Source of the DNA: Octopus vulgaris
Taxonomy: Eukaryota
Assembly: GCA_951406725.2 (NCBI GenBank)
Contig: OX597814.1
Coordinates: 6,448,001 to 6,512,000, forward strand
Length of the DNA stretch: 64,000 nt
Direction of reading: 5' to 3'
The translations under genes and the position numbers were made by a program. Below are positions 24,984-38,116 of the stretch, one piece after another. The notes beneath the pieces are model-generated. The model ran no database searches. It was not told the origin of the DNA and was given only the letters and a program-made list of their open reading frames with translations. Within the stretch, counting starts at the first letter, position 1. Every line of letters starts with the position of its first letter.

Positions 24984-25329
24984 AGAAGCGAATGGCTCAG
25001 TGGTTAGTGTCAGGCTCACAATCATGATGTCGTGAGTTCGATTCCCAGACCGGGCTGTGTATTGCATTCGTGAGCAAGACACTTTATTTCATGTTGCTCC
25101 AGTTCACTCAGCTGGCAAAAGTGAGTTGCAATGTCATTGGTGCGAAGCTGTATCGGCCCCTTTGCCTTTTCCCTTGGATAACGTCAATGGTGTGGAGAGG
25201 AGAGGCTGGTATGCATGGGCATCTGCTGGTCTTCATAAACAACAACCTTGCCTGGACTTGTGCCTGGGAGGATAACTTTCTAGGTGCAATCCCATTGTCA
25301 TTCATAAACGAAGGGGTCTTTATCCTTTT
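24984..25329 (+). mobile_element. SINE family E
   Basis: Homologous to 859-1200; 10-bp TSD agtacaaaca at 24974 and 25330. Confidence 0.9.
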
Positions 25330-25554
25330 AGTACAAACAGGATAAACAGAACTGAAAACGGGAATAAATTTTATTTTTCATTAAATAGAAGTTGTATCTG
25401 TAACGTGTGTGTCAGTTGTCTAGGATTGCCTGAATCGGAAAAAATAAGCATTTGTATTTTTGTGAATTGAGTGGACATGTTATTTTATACAATATTAGAG
25501 ATGATTTTATGAATCAGTTTCCTATGCAAGAATTTAGGGAAACCAATCTCAACA

Positions 25555-25790
25555 GTGGAGGCGCAATGGCCTAGTGGTTAGGGCAGCGGACTTGCGGTCG
25601 GAGGATCGCGGTTTCGATTCCCAGACCGGGCGTTGTGTGTGTTTATTGAGCGAAAAAAACACCTAAAAGCTCCACGAGGCTCCGGCAGGAGGTGGTGATC
25701 CCTGCTGTACTCTTTCACCACTCTAAAGGCGGTGCTCCAGCATGGCCGCAGTCAAATGACTGAAACAAGTACAAAAAAAAAAAAAAAAAA
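25555..25790 (+). mobile_element. Chimeric SINE: family D head fused to family A 3' end, then poly(A)
   Basis: 25555-25722 matches 54999-55160; 25723-25771 matches the family A tail taaaggcggtgctccagcatggccgcagtcaaatgactgaaacaagta. Confidence 0.85.
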
Positions 25791-27498
25791 TTCATCTGAA
25801 GGGCCAGTAGGAAAGGTCTGGCGCAGGCTTTCTGCCATCCAGTTTGGGAATTTTGTAAGAAATTGCAGTGAAAGATCCATCAGATCCTTCACCGAGGCTA
25901 TTTTCCCTCACCACAGGAGTTTTCTCTCAGGATTTTTTCCCACAGCATTTTTTTGTTGTTTCCAACTCTGGATGCAGCACTTTCTGACTTTAAGTGACAG
26001 TCTACACCATCCTTTCCCAACCAGCCTTTTTTTATGAGTGCTGAGATTGGTTCTCCTCAAACTACAAAACCAATTGGTCAAGTGGGCTCATAATACTATA
26101 CTGTGTGTGGGCAGGGGGTGAGGTTTGTGAATACAGTAATTTCATAGCAGAATGTACAATATTTTGTTCTTCCACAACCTCCCATTCATTTATTTCCAAG
26201 TGTCAGATCAACAAAACAGTAATATAATGCCCACCATTTATGAATAAAGTTTTCTTCTCTATCTCCACACAAAATTAATGAGGAATGTTTGTGCTGTTGA
26301 GGCAAAAGTTAGCGAGAGACATTTGCAGCTGCCAGCTTGGTGATTTTCCAAACTTCTCTGCTTTCAAGTTCTTTAAAAAATAAAGTTTATTGTTGCTTTA
26401 GCCAATGTTTTGTTGAGGTTTATTCTAACTTCATTTCGTTATCAATATTTTTCTTATTTTCCTTATACCCCGCCCACACAAAGATTTCAGTTCTTTGTAT
26501 GATAGATATGTGTGTATATTTGCATATGTGTGTGTGTGTATAAGCAATTATACGAATAAATAAATTAGACACATCATGTGTCTAATTTATTTATCTGCAT
26601 AATTGCCTACATATATCTATATATATATATACACACACAAATATATGTGTGTGTGTGTGTGTATAGGCAATTATACGAATAAACAAATTAGACACGTCAT
26701 GTGTCTGTTTGTCCCCATAATTGCCCCTATACCCACTAAACCTGATCCCTCTTAAAGCCTGTCTTTACCTTTTGGAATCAGTCCCCTGGAAAGACATCAG
26801 AGACTAAGTTTTAAGCTTTTGAGCAATGCTAAGTATCTTCTTTGTGGAGAATCTCTGGATCTCATCTGTGAATTATATATAAATAAATATATATATATAT
26901 GTAAGTGTGCATATGAATGTGTATATAGATGCAGGAGTGGCTGTATGGTAAGAAGCTTGCTAACCAACCACATGGTTCTGTGTTCAGTCTCACTGTGTGA
27001 CACCTTGGGCAAGAATTGCATTTACCAAAGCTGCATTTTGATCTGTCGTCGGATCTTTTTTCCTTTGGGACATGAAACCATCAACATAAGTCTTCTTCAT
27101 CTGTATATCAAGTCACAATGGATTTCTGGGTATTTATCTTGATAAACAGTTTGAGGACATGAATAAATAGTGGCACTGACCTAGTTGAATTTAGGAACAG
27201 ATGTTGAGAATTTGTGAAGAACCTAACAGAGGGAGACTAAACCTGATTGTCAAATCTGTGAGAGAACTAAAGAATAGAATTACCATTTCAAGTCATAGCA
27301 TCATTGTTCTTATTGAGATTTGTGCATAAATTGGCCTGGGTATGTGAAGGAATTTTTCAAATTGTTACAACCAAATATATCCAAAATTGATAAATTTAAT
27401 TGGAACACCATTACAATTTGTAAATATGTTTTTAAAAGTGCATCAAAGACACTAGTAATGAAAAGAGACTCATTCCTCATTCCAGTTTGGGAGCCTGT

Positions 27499-27750
27499 AT
27501 CATCATCATCATCGTTTAACGTCCGCTTTCCATGCTAGCATGGGTTGGACGGTTCAACTGGGGTCTGGCAAGCCCGAAGGCTGCACCAGGCCAGTCAGAT
27601 CTGGCAGTGTTTCTACAGCTGGATGCCCTTCCTAACGCCAACCACTCCAAGAGTGTAGTGGGTGATTTTATGTGCCACCGACACAGGTGCCAGACGAGGC
27701 TGGCAGACGGCCACGCTCGGATGGTGTTTTTTATGTGCCACCGACACAGG
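27499..27750 (-). mobile_element. Family C element
   Basis: Body and (ATG)n tail on the minus strand. Confidence 0.9.
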
Positions 27751-27825
27751 TATATAATATAATATTAAAAAGCATATATCTTATATATTCTAGTATATAT
27801 TTTATATAAGTTTGTTTTAAAAAAT

Positions 27826-28044
27826 ATGGCTGATGCTAGTGACGCCTGACTGGCTCCCGTGCCGGCGACACGTAAAAAGCACCTTCTACACTCTCGGAGT
27901 GGTTGGCGTTAGGAAGGGCATCCATCTGTAGAAACATTACCAGATCAGATTGGAGCTGCTGAGGCCTCCTGGCTTACCAGTCCCTAGTCAAACTGTCCAA
28001 CCCATGCCAGCATGGAAAACAGATGTTAAACGATGATGATGATG
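27826..28044 (+). mobile_element. Family C element, inverted relative to 27499-27750
   Basis: Body and (ATG)n tail on the plus strand. Confidence 0.88.
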
Positions 28045-28687
28045 AAAGGTGTGTTATAAATATTTTTTAAATTAACAATTTCTTAGATGAAGACATGTAA
28101 ATTTTTATCCCTACTCCATTTCCCTAGCACTTCCCCCTCACCCTGTCCATGCTCACCATCCCCTTTACTCCCTTCCTCCTTATTTCCCAATCACCCCAGT
28201 TGAATCTCTTCCCCATAACTTATTCTCTTAACAACCCCTCCCTTTATTTCTATCCACTCACTTCATTCCTACCCCTCCCACTTTCCTTTCACAATCTTGT
28301 GAACTCACTCTTATCCCATCCTTGGTCCAGTTTCACTGATATTCACCTCCTGCGGCTACAGTCTACCCATCTCCACCATCTGCCAAGGTGGTCATGAATT
28401 TCCTTTACTGCAAGACGCTTATTTCTGTCCCTCTACTTATACCCTAACTTCTCGTGACCTGGCACAAAACCATCCCCCTCGCTACTGTTACCCATCCTCC
28501 TCAGCTGAGAGGTCTTGTAATTACTCGGTGACCTCACTGGTGCTGGTGCCATGTAAAAAAGCACCCAGTACTTTCTGTAAAGTGATTAGCATCACGAAGG
28601 GCATCCAGATGTGGAAATCATGCCAAACAGACAGCAGTCCTCTCATTTGGCCAACTCCAGTCAGACCTGTCTAAGATGTGCCTGGAA

Positions 28688-29066
28688 ATCATCATCATCA
28701 TCATTTAACGTCCGTTTTCCATGCTAGCACGGGTTGATCGGTTCGACCAGGGTCTGGGAAGCCAGGAGGCTGCACCAGGCTCCAATCTGATCTGGCAGAG
28801 TTTCTACAGCTGGATGCCCTTCCTAACGCCAACCACTCCGTGAGTGTCATGGGTGCTTTTTACGTGCCAGGGGAGGCTGGCAGCGGCCATGATCGGTTGG
28901 TGCTTTCTACGTGCTACCGGCACAGAAGCCAGGCAAGGCGGTGCTGGCATCAGCCACGTTCGGATGGCCCTTTTTTATGTGCCACCGGCACAGGGATCAC
29001 AACTACAATTTCCATTGATTTTTTATGTTGATGTACTTGACTCAATAGGTCTCCTCAAGCACAGGG
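28688..29066 (-). mobile_element. Family C element with 5' extension resembling the RTE ORF end
   Basis: The extension reads ctgtgcttgaggagacc on minus, similar to the AVLEK-coding end at 34085 and 45232. Confidence 0.85.
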
Positions 29067-29449
29067 TCGAAACAGTGTATCTTTACTTACTACCTGCACA
29101 GTAGTCAGTCTAGCAGCACTGGCAACAGCCGGGTGCCGGTCATAGGATTGGTTTGCCAGTCATTAAATGATGATGATGAATAACTGCTATTTTACTCTGT
29201 GGTTGACATGAAGACACTTAGTATAGAAACCATTCCAAAAATGGGATGCATCAATGAGACATGCTACTGAACTCATCAAAGAAAATAGGAACTAACTTGA
29301 ACTTTGGGTACTTATCCTATGCCTGCCAACTTGGAAATGAGTTTAATAAAATGGTGGCAGCAGCGGAATGTAATCATATTAATAAATATTTATATTTCCA
29401 TAAGAGAAACCACTGAAAGATTATAATTGAGGAATTGTTGGTATAATAA

Positions 29450-29480
<31 letters not shown>

Positions 29481-30698
29481 AATTTATGAGTCTTTATTAT
29501 CTGAAGAATGTTGTCAATGAACTATTGTATAAGATTAGAATAATTCCTGTTAATTGAGGAAATGGTATGAATTGCCATTGTTTAGAAACTTCCATCTCTC
29601 CTGTTGGTGAGTATTCATACCTTTATCAACATGATAGCTTTCAGAGAGAGAAAGAAAGAGAGTACCTATGAGTGGGGTAGTACCTGGGAATACCGTTATC
29701 ATCAGCCATTTTACCTGTTAAACAAGGAATGATGCCAAAAAAGATCTAAGCAGCAGCTTTTTCATATAGAGTTCATAAAATGATGAAATACTAAAGAATT
29801 CCTCTGAAGCATTCTCATATAAAGGAGAACCGAACAGGCAATGCATATTTGGCACCTGCTTCCCTGCAGGATCAATAGATGCAGTTCTGCATCTTGCACA
29901 AAGACACAATGCAGTCATAGAAACTTCCAAATGCTGTGCCAATAATTTGATGCCATATCTACTCAACCATTTCACTCCATAATCACTCTTTTACATAAAG
30001 CTACTGTTCTCGTTATCCGACTAATATCTTCATAAATCTTACCATTTCGCTGATTAACCTCTCTCTCTCTCCCCCTTTCTCTCCCTCTCTTTGTCTCTCC
30101 CTCTCTCTTCTTCTCCCCCTCCCCCTCTCCCACTCTAATAACTCCATCATCGGCAACTGCCTGCATATTTTCTTCGACAATCAATCAGTCTAAACTCTAT
30201 CTCAATAGATCAATGCTTTCTCTCTTTCTTCGCTACCATTTCACTGATCATATTATGACCTGACTCTGGCTTTTTCGGGGGGTTTTTTTTGTCTGTCTTT
30301 TCCCAGCATAATAATAATATATAAAAAAAAAAATAATAATTCTCATTCAAATGCTGTTAATCTATTTTTCCATCTAATATTATTCTCATGCCCCAGTAAC
30401 CAAACCATTCACCTCACCAACATCAACAAATATCATTCACCTTAATAGGCAAAGCTAAAACATCACAAAAACACCTTCAATTTCTCAATCACCATTTTAG
30501 TTTCACTTTCTTTATCATTCTTCTGCCAAGAATTGCTTCTCTGAATTTTAATAACAAGTTCATCTCACTCCCTCTCCCCACACCACAGTCCCCTTCCTGT
30601 TTCGACCCTGAAATCAACACTATCCCATGTTTTTACTCTAAGTATGTTGCTTAAACCTTTGTCCTGAAACTACCATTGTCGAGGATCTTACCATATTC

Positions 30699-30930
30699 AA
30701 GGCAGCGAGCTGGCAGAAACGTTAGCACGCTGGGTGAACTGCTTAGGGGTATTTCATCCACCGCTGCGTTCTGAGTTCAAATTCCGCCGAGGTCGTCTTT
30801 GCCTTTCATCCTTTCAGGGTCGATAAATTAAGTATCAGTTACGCACTGGGGTCGATGGAATCGACTAATTCCGTTTGTCTGTCCTTGTTTGTCCCCTCTA
30901 TGTTTAGCCCCTTGTGGGTAGTAAAGAAAT
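30699..30930 (+). mobile_element. Full-length tRNA-derived SINE family B (reference copy)
   Basis: B box gagttcaaattcc, core gcctttcatcctttcagggtcgataaattaagta; 17-bp TSD aggatcttaccatattc at 30682-30698 and 30931-30947. Confidence 0.93.
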
Positions 30931-30999
30931 AGGATCTTACCATATTCTTGGCTTGGTTTGCTAAAATTCTTAAGCATAATCTTCACTGAGTCTGTCCCT

Positions 31000-31180
31000 A
31001 GTTCTATGATGCAAACTTCTTTTAAAATTATTTCAATCAAAACCTTCCAGCAGTATTTTGTGCTTATGTTTCAAACACCGTCTTCATGGGAACAGTTCTT
31101 TCACTAAATTCTTCATTATTTAAAAAATTAATTGCAACAAAAGCAATGATTTAACATAATATGGCAAGAAAAGGATTAAA
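31000..31180 (-). mobile_element. Solitary diverged copy of the 12421-type piggyBac-like MITE
   Basis: Reverse-complement similarity (aaaaccttccagca...ttatgtttcaaacacc...actaaattctt...aatatggcaagaaaaggattaa). Confidence 0.6.
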
Positions 31181-31351
31181 CTGTCGAGATTGTTTTACAT
31201 CCACACTTCCATGTTGGCATGGGTTAGCTGGATATTCTAAAACAGTGTTTTACTGTCAGATGTACTTCATCTTGCCTACCCTTTTCATCTGTGGAACCCC
31301 ACATAAAACTGTGACACCCTTAGCAACAGCAATGAATTATTATTCCATAAC

Positions 31352-31742
31352 TCACCGCCTCGACTGGCCTTGTGCCGGTGGCACGTAAAAAGCACCATCT
31401 GTTCGTGTCCGTTGCCAGCCTCACCTGGCCCCCGTGCGGTGGCACGTAAAAGCACCATCCGCTCGTGTCTGTTGCCAGCCTCGCCTGGCCCCCGTGCCGG
31501 TGGCGCGTAAAAGCACCATCCGTTCGTGGCGATTTGCCAGCTCCGTCTGGCACCTGTGCGGGTGGCACGTAAAAAGCACCCACTACACTCACGGAGTGGT
31601 TGGCGTTAGGAAGGGCATCCAGCCGTAGAAACACTGCCAGATCAGACTGGGCCTGGTGCAGCCTTCCGGCTTCACAGACCCCAGTTGAACCATCCAACCC
31701 ATGCTAGCATGGAAAGCGGACGCTAAATGATGATGATGATGA
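31352..31742 (+). mobile_element. Family C element with about three 61-bp internal units
   Basis: gtggcacgtaaaagcacc-type motif repeated four times, then body and tail. Confidence 0.9.
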
Positions 31743-32484
31743 ACCCTGCACAATAAACATCGAATAACAGATGAGATTGAGCTCTCTCTGTTACTGTTGA
31801 AATGGTGACTTTATTATTCCTTAACATTTGGCCAACTCTCAAGTTTTTTCTCCAAATGATGTTGAGTTAATTAACAGCATAACATAATATATATCTGGGG
31901 TATTTATTAATTTATTCACCGTATATCTGCAAACAAATCACAAATTTATTGTCCGTTGTTTATGCAGCAGTCAATAGATGGACTTTATTAAATTTACTTA
32001 TTTCTAGTTGAGATTCATCATTTTCAGAACATAATAAATTGATTTTTTTTTTTTTTAAATTTATTTTTTTATTTAAATTTTTACTATCTGAAATATATTA
32101 TCTTAAAAAATTTTTTAAGCTTCTTCCAATAACCAATAAACATTTCATATTCTAAGCAGGAATTTATCCAGACAATATTTATCAAGATTAACTAAATCAG
32201 ATGAAATCTTGTTACTTTTGATCTTGTAATTGGTACATTCCACTGTTTGCCCTCAAAACATCAACTGACTCTTCAATAAAATTTTGAAGTTGAATATCAA
32301 AACTTTTAAAATGAAAAATTTGAAATAGAATACTGAAGCAGAAGTTGCTGTTGACTTTTGACAGGAATGATAGAATTGGTCAGGAATCCATGAAAAGGTT
32401 TATGGAATTTTGGTTTTTAAGTTAGTCCAGGATTCTAATTCACAGAATCAGTAAAACACTGGAATCAATGTTTCAATGACTCTT

Positions 32485-32863
32485 CCATCCTCCACCATCC
32501 CTTCTCCAAATATGTCTTTCAGGGTAAATCTCCATCCTCCACCCTCCTCCATCCTCCACCATCCCTTCTCCAAATATGTCTTTCAGTGTAAATCTCCATC
32601 CTCCATCATCCTCCTCCATCCTCCACCATCCTCCACCATTCTCCACCATCCTCCTCTATTCTCCACCATCCTCCACCATCCTCTTCCATCCTCCACCATC
32701 CTCCATTCTCCACCATCCTCCTCCATTCTCCACCATCCTCCTCCATTCTCCACCATCCTCCACCATCCTCCTCCATCCTCCATTCTCCACCATCCTCCTC
32801 CATTCTCCACCATCCTCCATCCTCCACCATCCCTTCTCCAAATATGTCTTTCAGTGTAAATCT
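32485..32863. repeat. (CCTCCACCAT/CCTCCATTCT)n low-complexity array punctuated by three copies of a 37-bp motif
   Basis: ccatcccttctccaaatatgtctttcag(g/t)gtaaatct occurs near 32495, 32559 and 32827. Confidence 0.9.
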
Positions 32864-34069
32864 GAATGATTCTGGTTTCTTTGTTTTTAGTTTTTGTTTG
32901 TTTTTCTTTCAAAACATTTTGAAAATTTTCGAGTCGTTTTGAAATTTTGAGACATCCAGTGTTTTTAACTTATTCATATTCAAGTTTTGAGTCCAGGCTT
33001 AAAATCTCGTTATTGAGTTCGTTATATCTTCTAAATGAACATAGACACAACTCCATATTTGTTATTTTCTGTCTGTGTTTTGTCTAAGTTAGTATTTGTA
33101 GGAAGACTTTGCCGAATGTGGAGGGTTTAATTTGTCAGAAGCATTGTTATTATTAGCTGTTCGCTCTAAACATTTTTCCACAAACAACAAAATGTTGTTT
33201 GTAGTTAGATTAGGCAGTGGATCATCACTGTTTATTAATACTATTGCTGTTTAGTCCCTTCTTAACTCCTATCTTCAGTTGACCACGCACACACAGAGGA
33301 CTTCTTTTTTTTTTAGTCTCCTTACATTTTTGACTCCATTGTCAATTAAATCAACCAAGAAGCGTGTATGAGGCAAGTAGTTTATTAGAAATAACAAAAT
33401 ATTATTTAAATTACAGCCCATTTAAGGAAGGGATGATGGCTCAAATAATGCTGCATCGTCATCATTCGCCCATCTTCCTTGGATGCTGGCATTGGTTGGG
33501 CCATTTGACAAGTGCAGGCAACTTAGAACGACCACACCAAACTATGTGCTGTCTCTTTTCACATGGTTTCTATGGCTGGATGTCCTTCCTAATGCCAGCC
33601 ACTTTACAAAATGCACTGGGTGCTTTTTGTGTGGTACCAGCACCAACAGGATCACCAAGTACCTTACCAGACCTTTCAGCTGAGCTGGGGGAAGTAGTAT
33701 TAAGAGAGAGAAAAATGTGTTTTGCATTAGAAGAGAATCCTGGCTATGTGAGATGGTGAGAAAGGGGTGAGTTGGGGAAGATGTAACGGGGAGGGGCATA
33801 CAGGAAAGTGTATGTAGAGAAGTGGACCAGGGGTTAGGGTGGGTAAGTTCAGATGGTGGGGAGGAAATAGTAGGTAGGCACAGGTAGAGTGGAAGTGGGG
33901 GTTTTAGGAGGATATGTTGTTGGGAAGAGATTGTATGCAGGTGGGTTCAGGAGGGAGAGTGGGAGAAAGAGGACATTGGAGGTGGGGAGAGGGAAGGATT
34001 TTGGAAGATAAGATGCTGTGGGGAGAGGTTTGTTAGGGACCCATTGTGTGCTTTTTTGGCCTTCATTTT

Positions 34070-34410
34070 ACTTGGTGGATGGATCTTCTCAAGGACAGCA
34101 AACTGTTGTCTCAATCCCTTGGCATCTCTGTGACACTCAAACTCAGAAAAATCATTTCTCAACACTTTGTACCACATCTTCATGGCTATTCCTAGCTATC
34201 AATTCTCACATCTTCCTGGGTATTCCTCTTCCACTAGTTTCATCAGCATTTAGGGATCAACTCTTCTTTGTGCTGCTGTCCTCATTCATACACATCACAT
34301 GACCCCACACCTGCACAGTTTCCTCTCTTGCACACCACGTCTGATGCCTTTTATATTCAATTATTCTCTCAAAATGCTTACACTTTGTTCTACAAACACA
34401 CTGACATTGA
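34070..34410 (-). mobile_element. Decayed RTE LINE 3' ORF end
   Basis: Reads LRE*LNIKGIRRGVQERKL..WGHVMCMNEDS..KK....SGRGIPRK..W...AVLEK, matching the RTE C-terminal RLRWYGHV.RM...RGRGRPRKTW pattern. Confidence 0.75.
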
Positions 34411-35077
34411 AATTTTTCGTGTAGGTTGTATGGTTAAAATTAAATAGAGTTTTAATGTGGGAAAATGAGAAATATTGCTTTATTATTAAGGAATGCTGAG
34501 TTTTGATTGGATAAAAAATAAGTGACTCGGCTCATTAAGAATGCTCTGAGGGAATTTATCTTTTAATCTTAAGCTTAAACTATCTTGTATCAGGAGGATG
34601 TTCATATAGAATAAGATTAAGATGACTTAGCAGTTAGCCTTAAGAAAAACTGATTTATGTTGAAGGTGAACTATAATTTGAATTGAAGAAGTCTCGGGGA
34701 AATGGTGTCTCAGGAATGTTAATTGGTGAGGTTAGTTTAGAAGCTGTGAATTTTGGTGGGAGAGGTATTTACAGGAATTAAAACTAATTTATTTGGCCAA
34801 GGGCCAAAGGAAATATAATTTTTACAAATGATGCTTAGGGAGGAGACGAAAGGGAGAGTAGCTGCCGAATAAAATACAGGAGTTCAAATAAATCACGAAA
34901 TCTAGTTTAGCAAATGCTGAATTAATCTAAACATAGAAGACAAATGTAGAACCCCTGCCAAAGCAAAACACTGAAGCATAACGTAGTTCTCTAAACTGTC
35001 AGATCAGGTCAATGTCCAACCCATGCCAACAGGGAAGACAGATGCTAAAAGATAATGGTGATGATTGAATACAGATA

Positions 35078-36011
35078 ATCATCATCATCATCGTTTAACG
35101 TCCGTTTTCCGCGCTAGCACGGGTTGGACGGTTTGACCGGGGTCTGGGAAGTCGGGGGCTGCACCAGGCTCCAGTCTGATCTGGCAGTGTTTCTACAGCT
35201 GGATGCCCTTCCTAACGCCAACCACTCCGCGAGTGTAGTGGGTACTTTTTACGTGCCACCTGCACAGGTGCCAGGGGGGTCCGGCATCGGCCACGATCGG
35301 TTGGTGCTTTTAACGTGCCGCCGGTACGGAAGCCAGCCAAGGCGGCGCTGGCATCGGCCACGTTTGGATGGTGCATTTTATGTGCCACCGGCACGGAAGC
35401 CAGCCAAGGCGGCGCTGGCATTGGCCACGTTTGGATGGTGCTTTTTATGTGCCACCGGCACGGAAGCCAGCCAAGGTGGCGCTGGCATCGGCCACGTTTG
35501 GATGGTGCTTTTTATGTGCCACCGGCACGGAAGCCAGCCAAGGTAGCGCTGGCATCGTCCACGTTCGGATGGTGCTTTTTATGTGCCACTGGCACGGAAG
35601 CCAGTCGAGGCAGCACTGGCATCGGCCACGTTCGGATGGTGCTTTTTATGTGCCACCGGCACGGAAGCCAGTCGAGGCAGCACTGGCATCGGCCACGTTC
35701 GGATGGTGCTTTTTATGTGCCACCGGCACTGAAGCCAGTCGAGGCAGCACTGGCATCGGCCACGTTCGAATGGTGCTTTTTATGTGCCACCGGCACGGAA
35801 GCCAGTCGAGGCAGCACTGGCATCGGCCACGTTCGGATGGTGCTTTTTATGTGCCACCGGCACTGAAGCCAGTCGAGGCAGCACTGGCATCGGCCACGTT
35901 CGGATGGTGCTTTTTATGTGCCACCGGCACGGAAGCCAGCCAAGGCGACGCTGGCATCGGCCACGTTCAGATGGTGCTTTTTATGTGCCACCGGCACTGG
36001 AGCCAGTCGAG
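35078..36011 (-). mobile_element. Family C element with about ten 67-bp tandem units
   Basis: gtgcc anchor at 35315, 35382, 35449 ... 35985 (exact 67-bp period). Confidence 0.95.
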
Positions 36012-36483
36012 ATTGTGCATCAGTGAGTTAAAAGACTGCAGATGGGAAATAAGACAAGCAGTTGGATTATGGATGGAAGATGAAGAAATCATAGAGAAAT
36101 GTCTATTAATCAGATAGATTACAGGTGAATAAAAGGGGAGTATTACAGGTTGAGTGTTAAATTTTGACAGCTTGCCACATGCTGAGGAAGTAACTGCCAT
36201 ACACTGACTGACTGGTTTATCTCATGTGAAGACATACTTAATCACCCAACCACACTGTTTAGAAGGTAGCTTTTGACAATATCAATTTACACCCAAGTTA
36301 TCAGGTAAACCTTTCAAAATAGTTCCAATGTAGAAGAGCATTGGTGACTGGGTGCGACTATTTCTTTGACTTCATTTGAAATTTCTTAACAGAAACCTTA
36401 AATTACTTAGTAAAACAATAAACTCTCTTATTTCAAAAATCTCTTTTCCAAGTACATACCTATCATTTATATATATATATAAA

Positions 36484-36836
36484 TGCGTGGCATCTTGGGC
36501 AAGTGTCTTCTGCTATAGCCCTGCCCCGACCAATGCCTTGTGAGTGGATTTGGTAGACGGAAACTGAAAGAAGCCTGTTGTATATATGTATATATATATA
36601 TATATATATGTATTATGTGTGTGTGTCTGTGTTTGTCTCCCTAGCATTGCTTGACAACCGATGCTGGTGTGTCTACGTCCCCGTCACTTAGTGGTTCGGC
36701 AAAAGAGAGACCGATAGAATAAGTACTGGGCTTACAAAGAGTAAGTCCCAGGGTCGATTTGCTCGACTAAAGGCGGTGCTCCAGCATGGCCGCAGTCAAA
36801 TGACTGAAACAAGTAAAAGAATAAAAGAGTAAAAGA

Positions 36837-36838
<2 letters not shown>
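36484..36838 (+). mobile_element. 5'-truncated SINE family A followed by long (TA)n
   Basis: High similarity to 5963-6309. Confidence 0.9.
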
Positions 36839-36910
<72 letters not shown>

Positions 36911-38038
36911 GTCACTTTTTTGAATAGTAACGTTTTGCCCCCTTGGAGTAAACAGCCTGACCAGCTACAAAGAGATCAACAAAAAAATGTTTTCTTCTTT
37001 CTCTCCCTTTTCTTCCTTTCCTTCTTTTTCTTTAACACCCCTTTCAGATACGCACACACATATGCACATACACACATACACACACACACATGCTCTCTCT
37101 CACTTTCTCCCCATTCCTCACCCTCTTGTACTATCTTATATCCCTCCCCACGCCTACACACTCAATAACACTATAAAAATTGTCAAATTTTCCCCAAGAA
37201 CTTAGTTCAATTTGAAAACTCCACTAGAATGGATGAAAGTGCTAATATATGATGTATGATGTATAAAAACATGTAATATACAAATAAATATCTGTAAATA
37301 TAAAACCATCCGAATTTCTGAGTACCTCATTTCTTCTAATATAAAATACCTGTACATCATCTCCGAACCTTCTAATATATATAATAATAATATTAGGGAA
37401 TAAATCCAAACTTACAGGGAAAAATTAGATTTAGGATTAAATCAAATTTTATAGTATAAATATATTATATTATAATATATATTATAATAAATAAATTAAT
37501 TAATTAATTAATAAATAAAATTATATAAATATAAAAATATACATACATATATATATATATATATTTGTATATATATATATTTAAAATTTATAAGTTTAAT
37601 TTATTTAAATAATTTTTTAAATTTTTAACTTTTATATTTTTAAATTAATTTTATGTATTGGCTTATGTTTTTCACTGTTTGATTTGCCTAATAGTGGTTT
37701 TATCTCTAATTTAATATAATATATATATATATACTCTGCATAAGAAAGGAAACCTGTTTTTTCAGTAATGCCTTCTCCTCAATGTAGAATGTTAAGACAC
37801 ATCTACAAGAGTCACCATTAATTCTGATGAGAAAACATTCTCTCAGCTTTGGTGCAGCTTCTTTTCTATCAACATTTTAACGTTCCTTTTTTTTTTTTAT
37901 ATTTCAAATTTTTCATCCAGCAAATTTTATTTGAACAAGAATAAATCAATAATCAATACCCTAAATTTAGATGATTTCAAACTGTTTCACTCAGCTGAAA
38001 TAGCTTCACCAGCCAGTTCTTCCCTTCTCTCGCTCTCT

Positions 38039-38116
<78 letters not shown>

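Noticed and set aside
32476-32912. His/Pro-rich and Trp/Gly-rich ORFs
   Set aside because: Low-complexity repeat that is open in most frames.
35124-36117. Long ORFs (up to 249 aa), also 56648-57606
   Set aside because: They translate the 67/68-bp VNTR, cycling through all three frames; not host genes.
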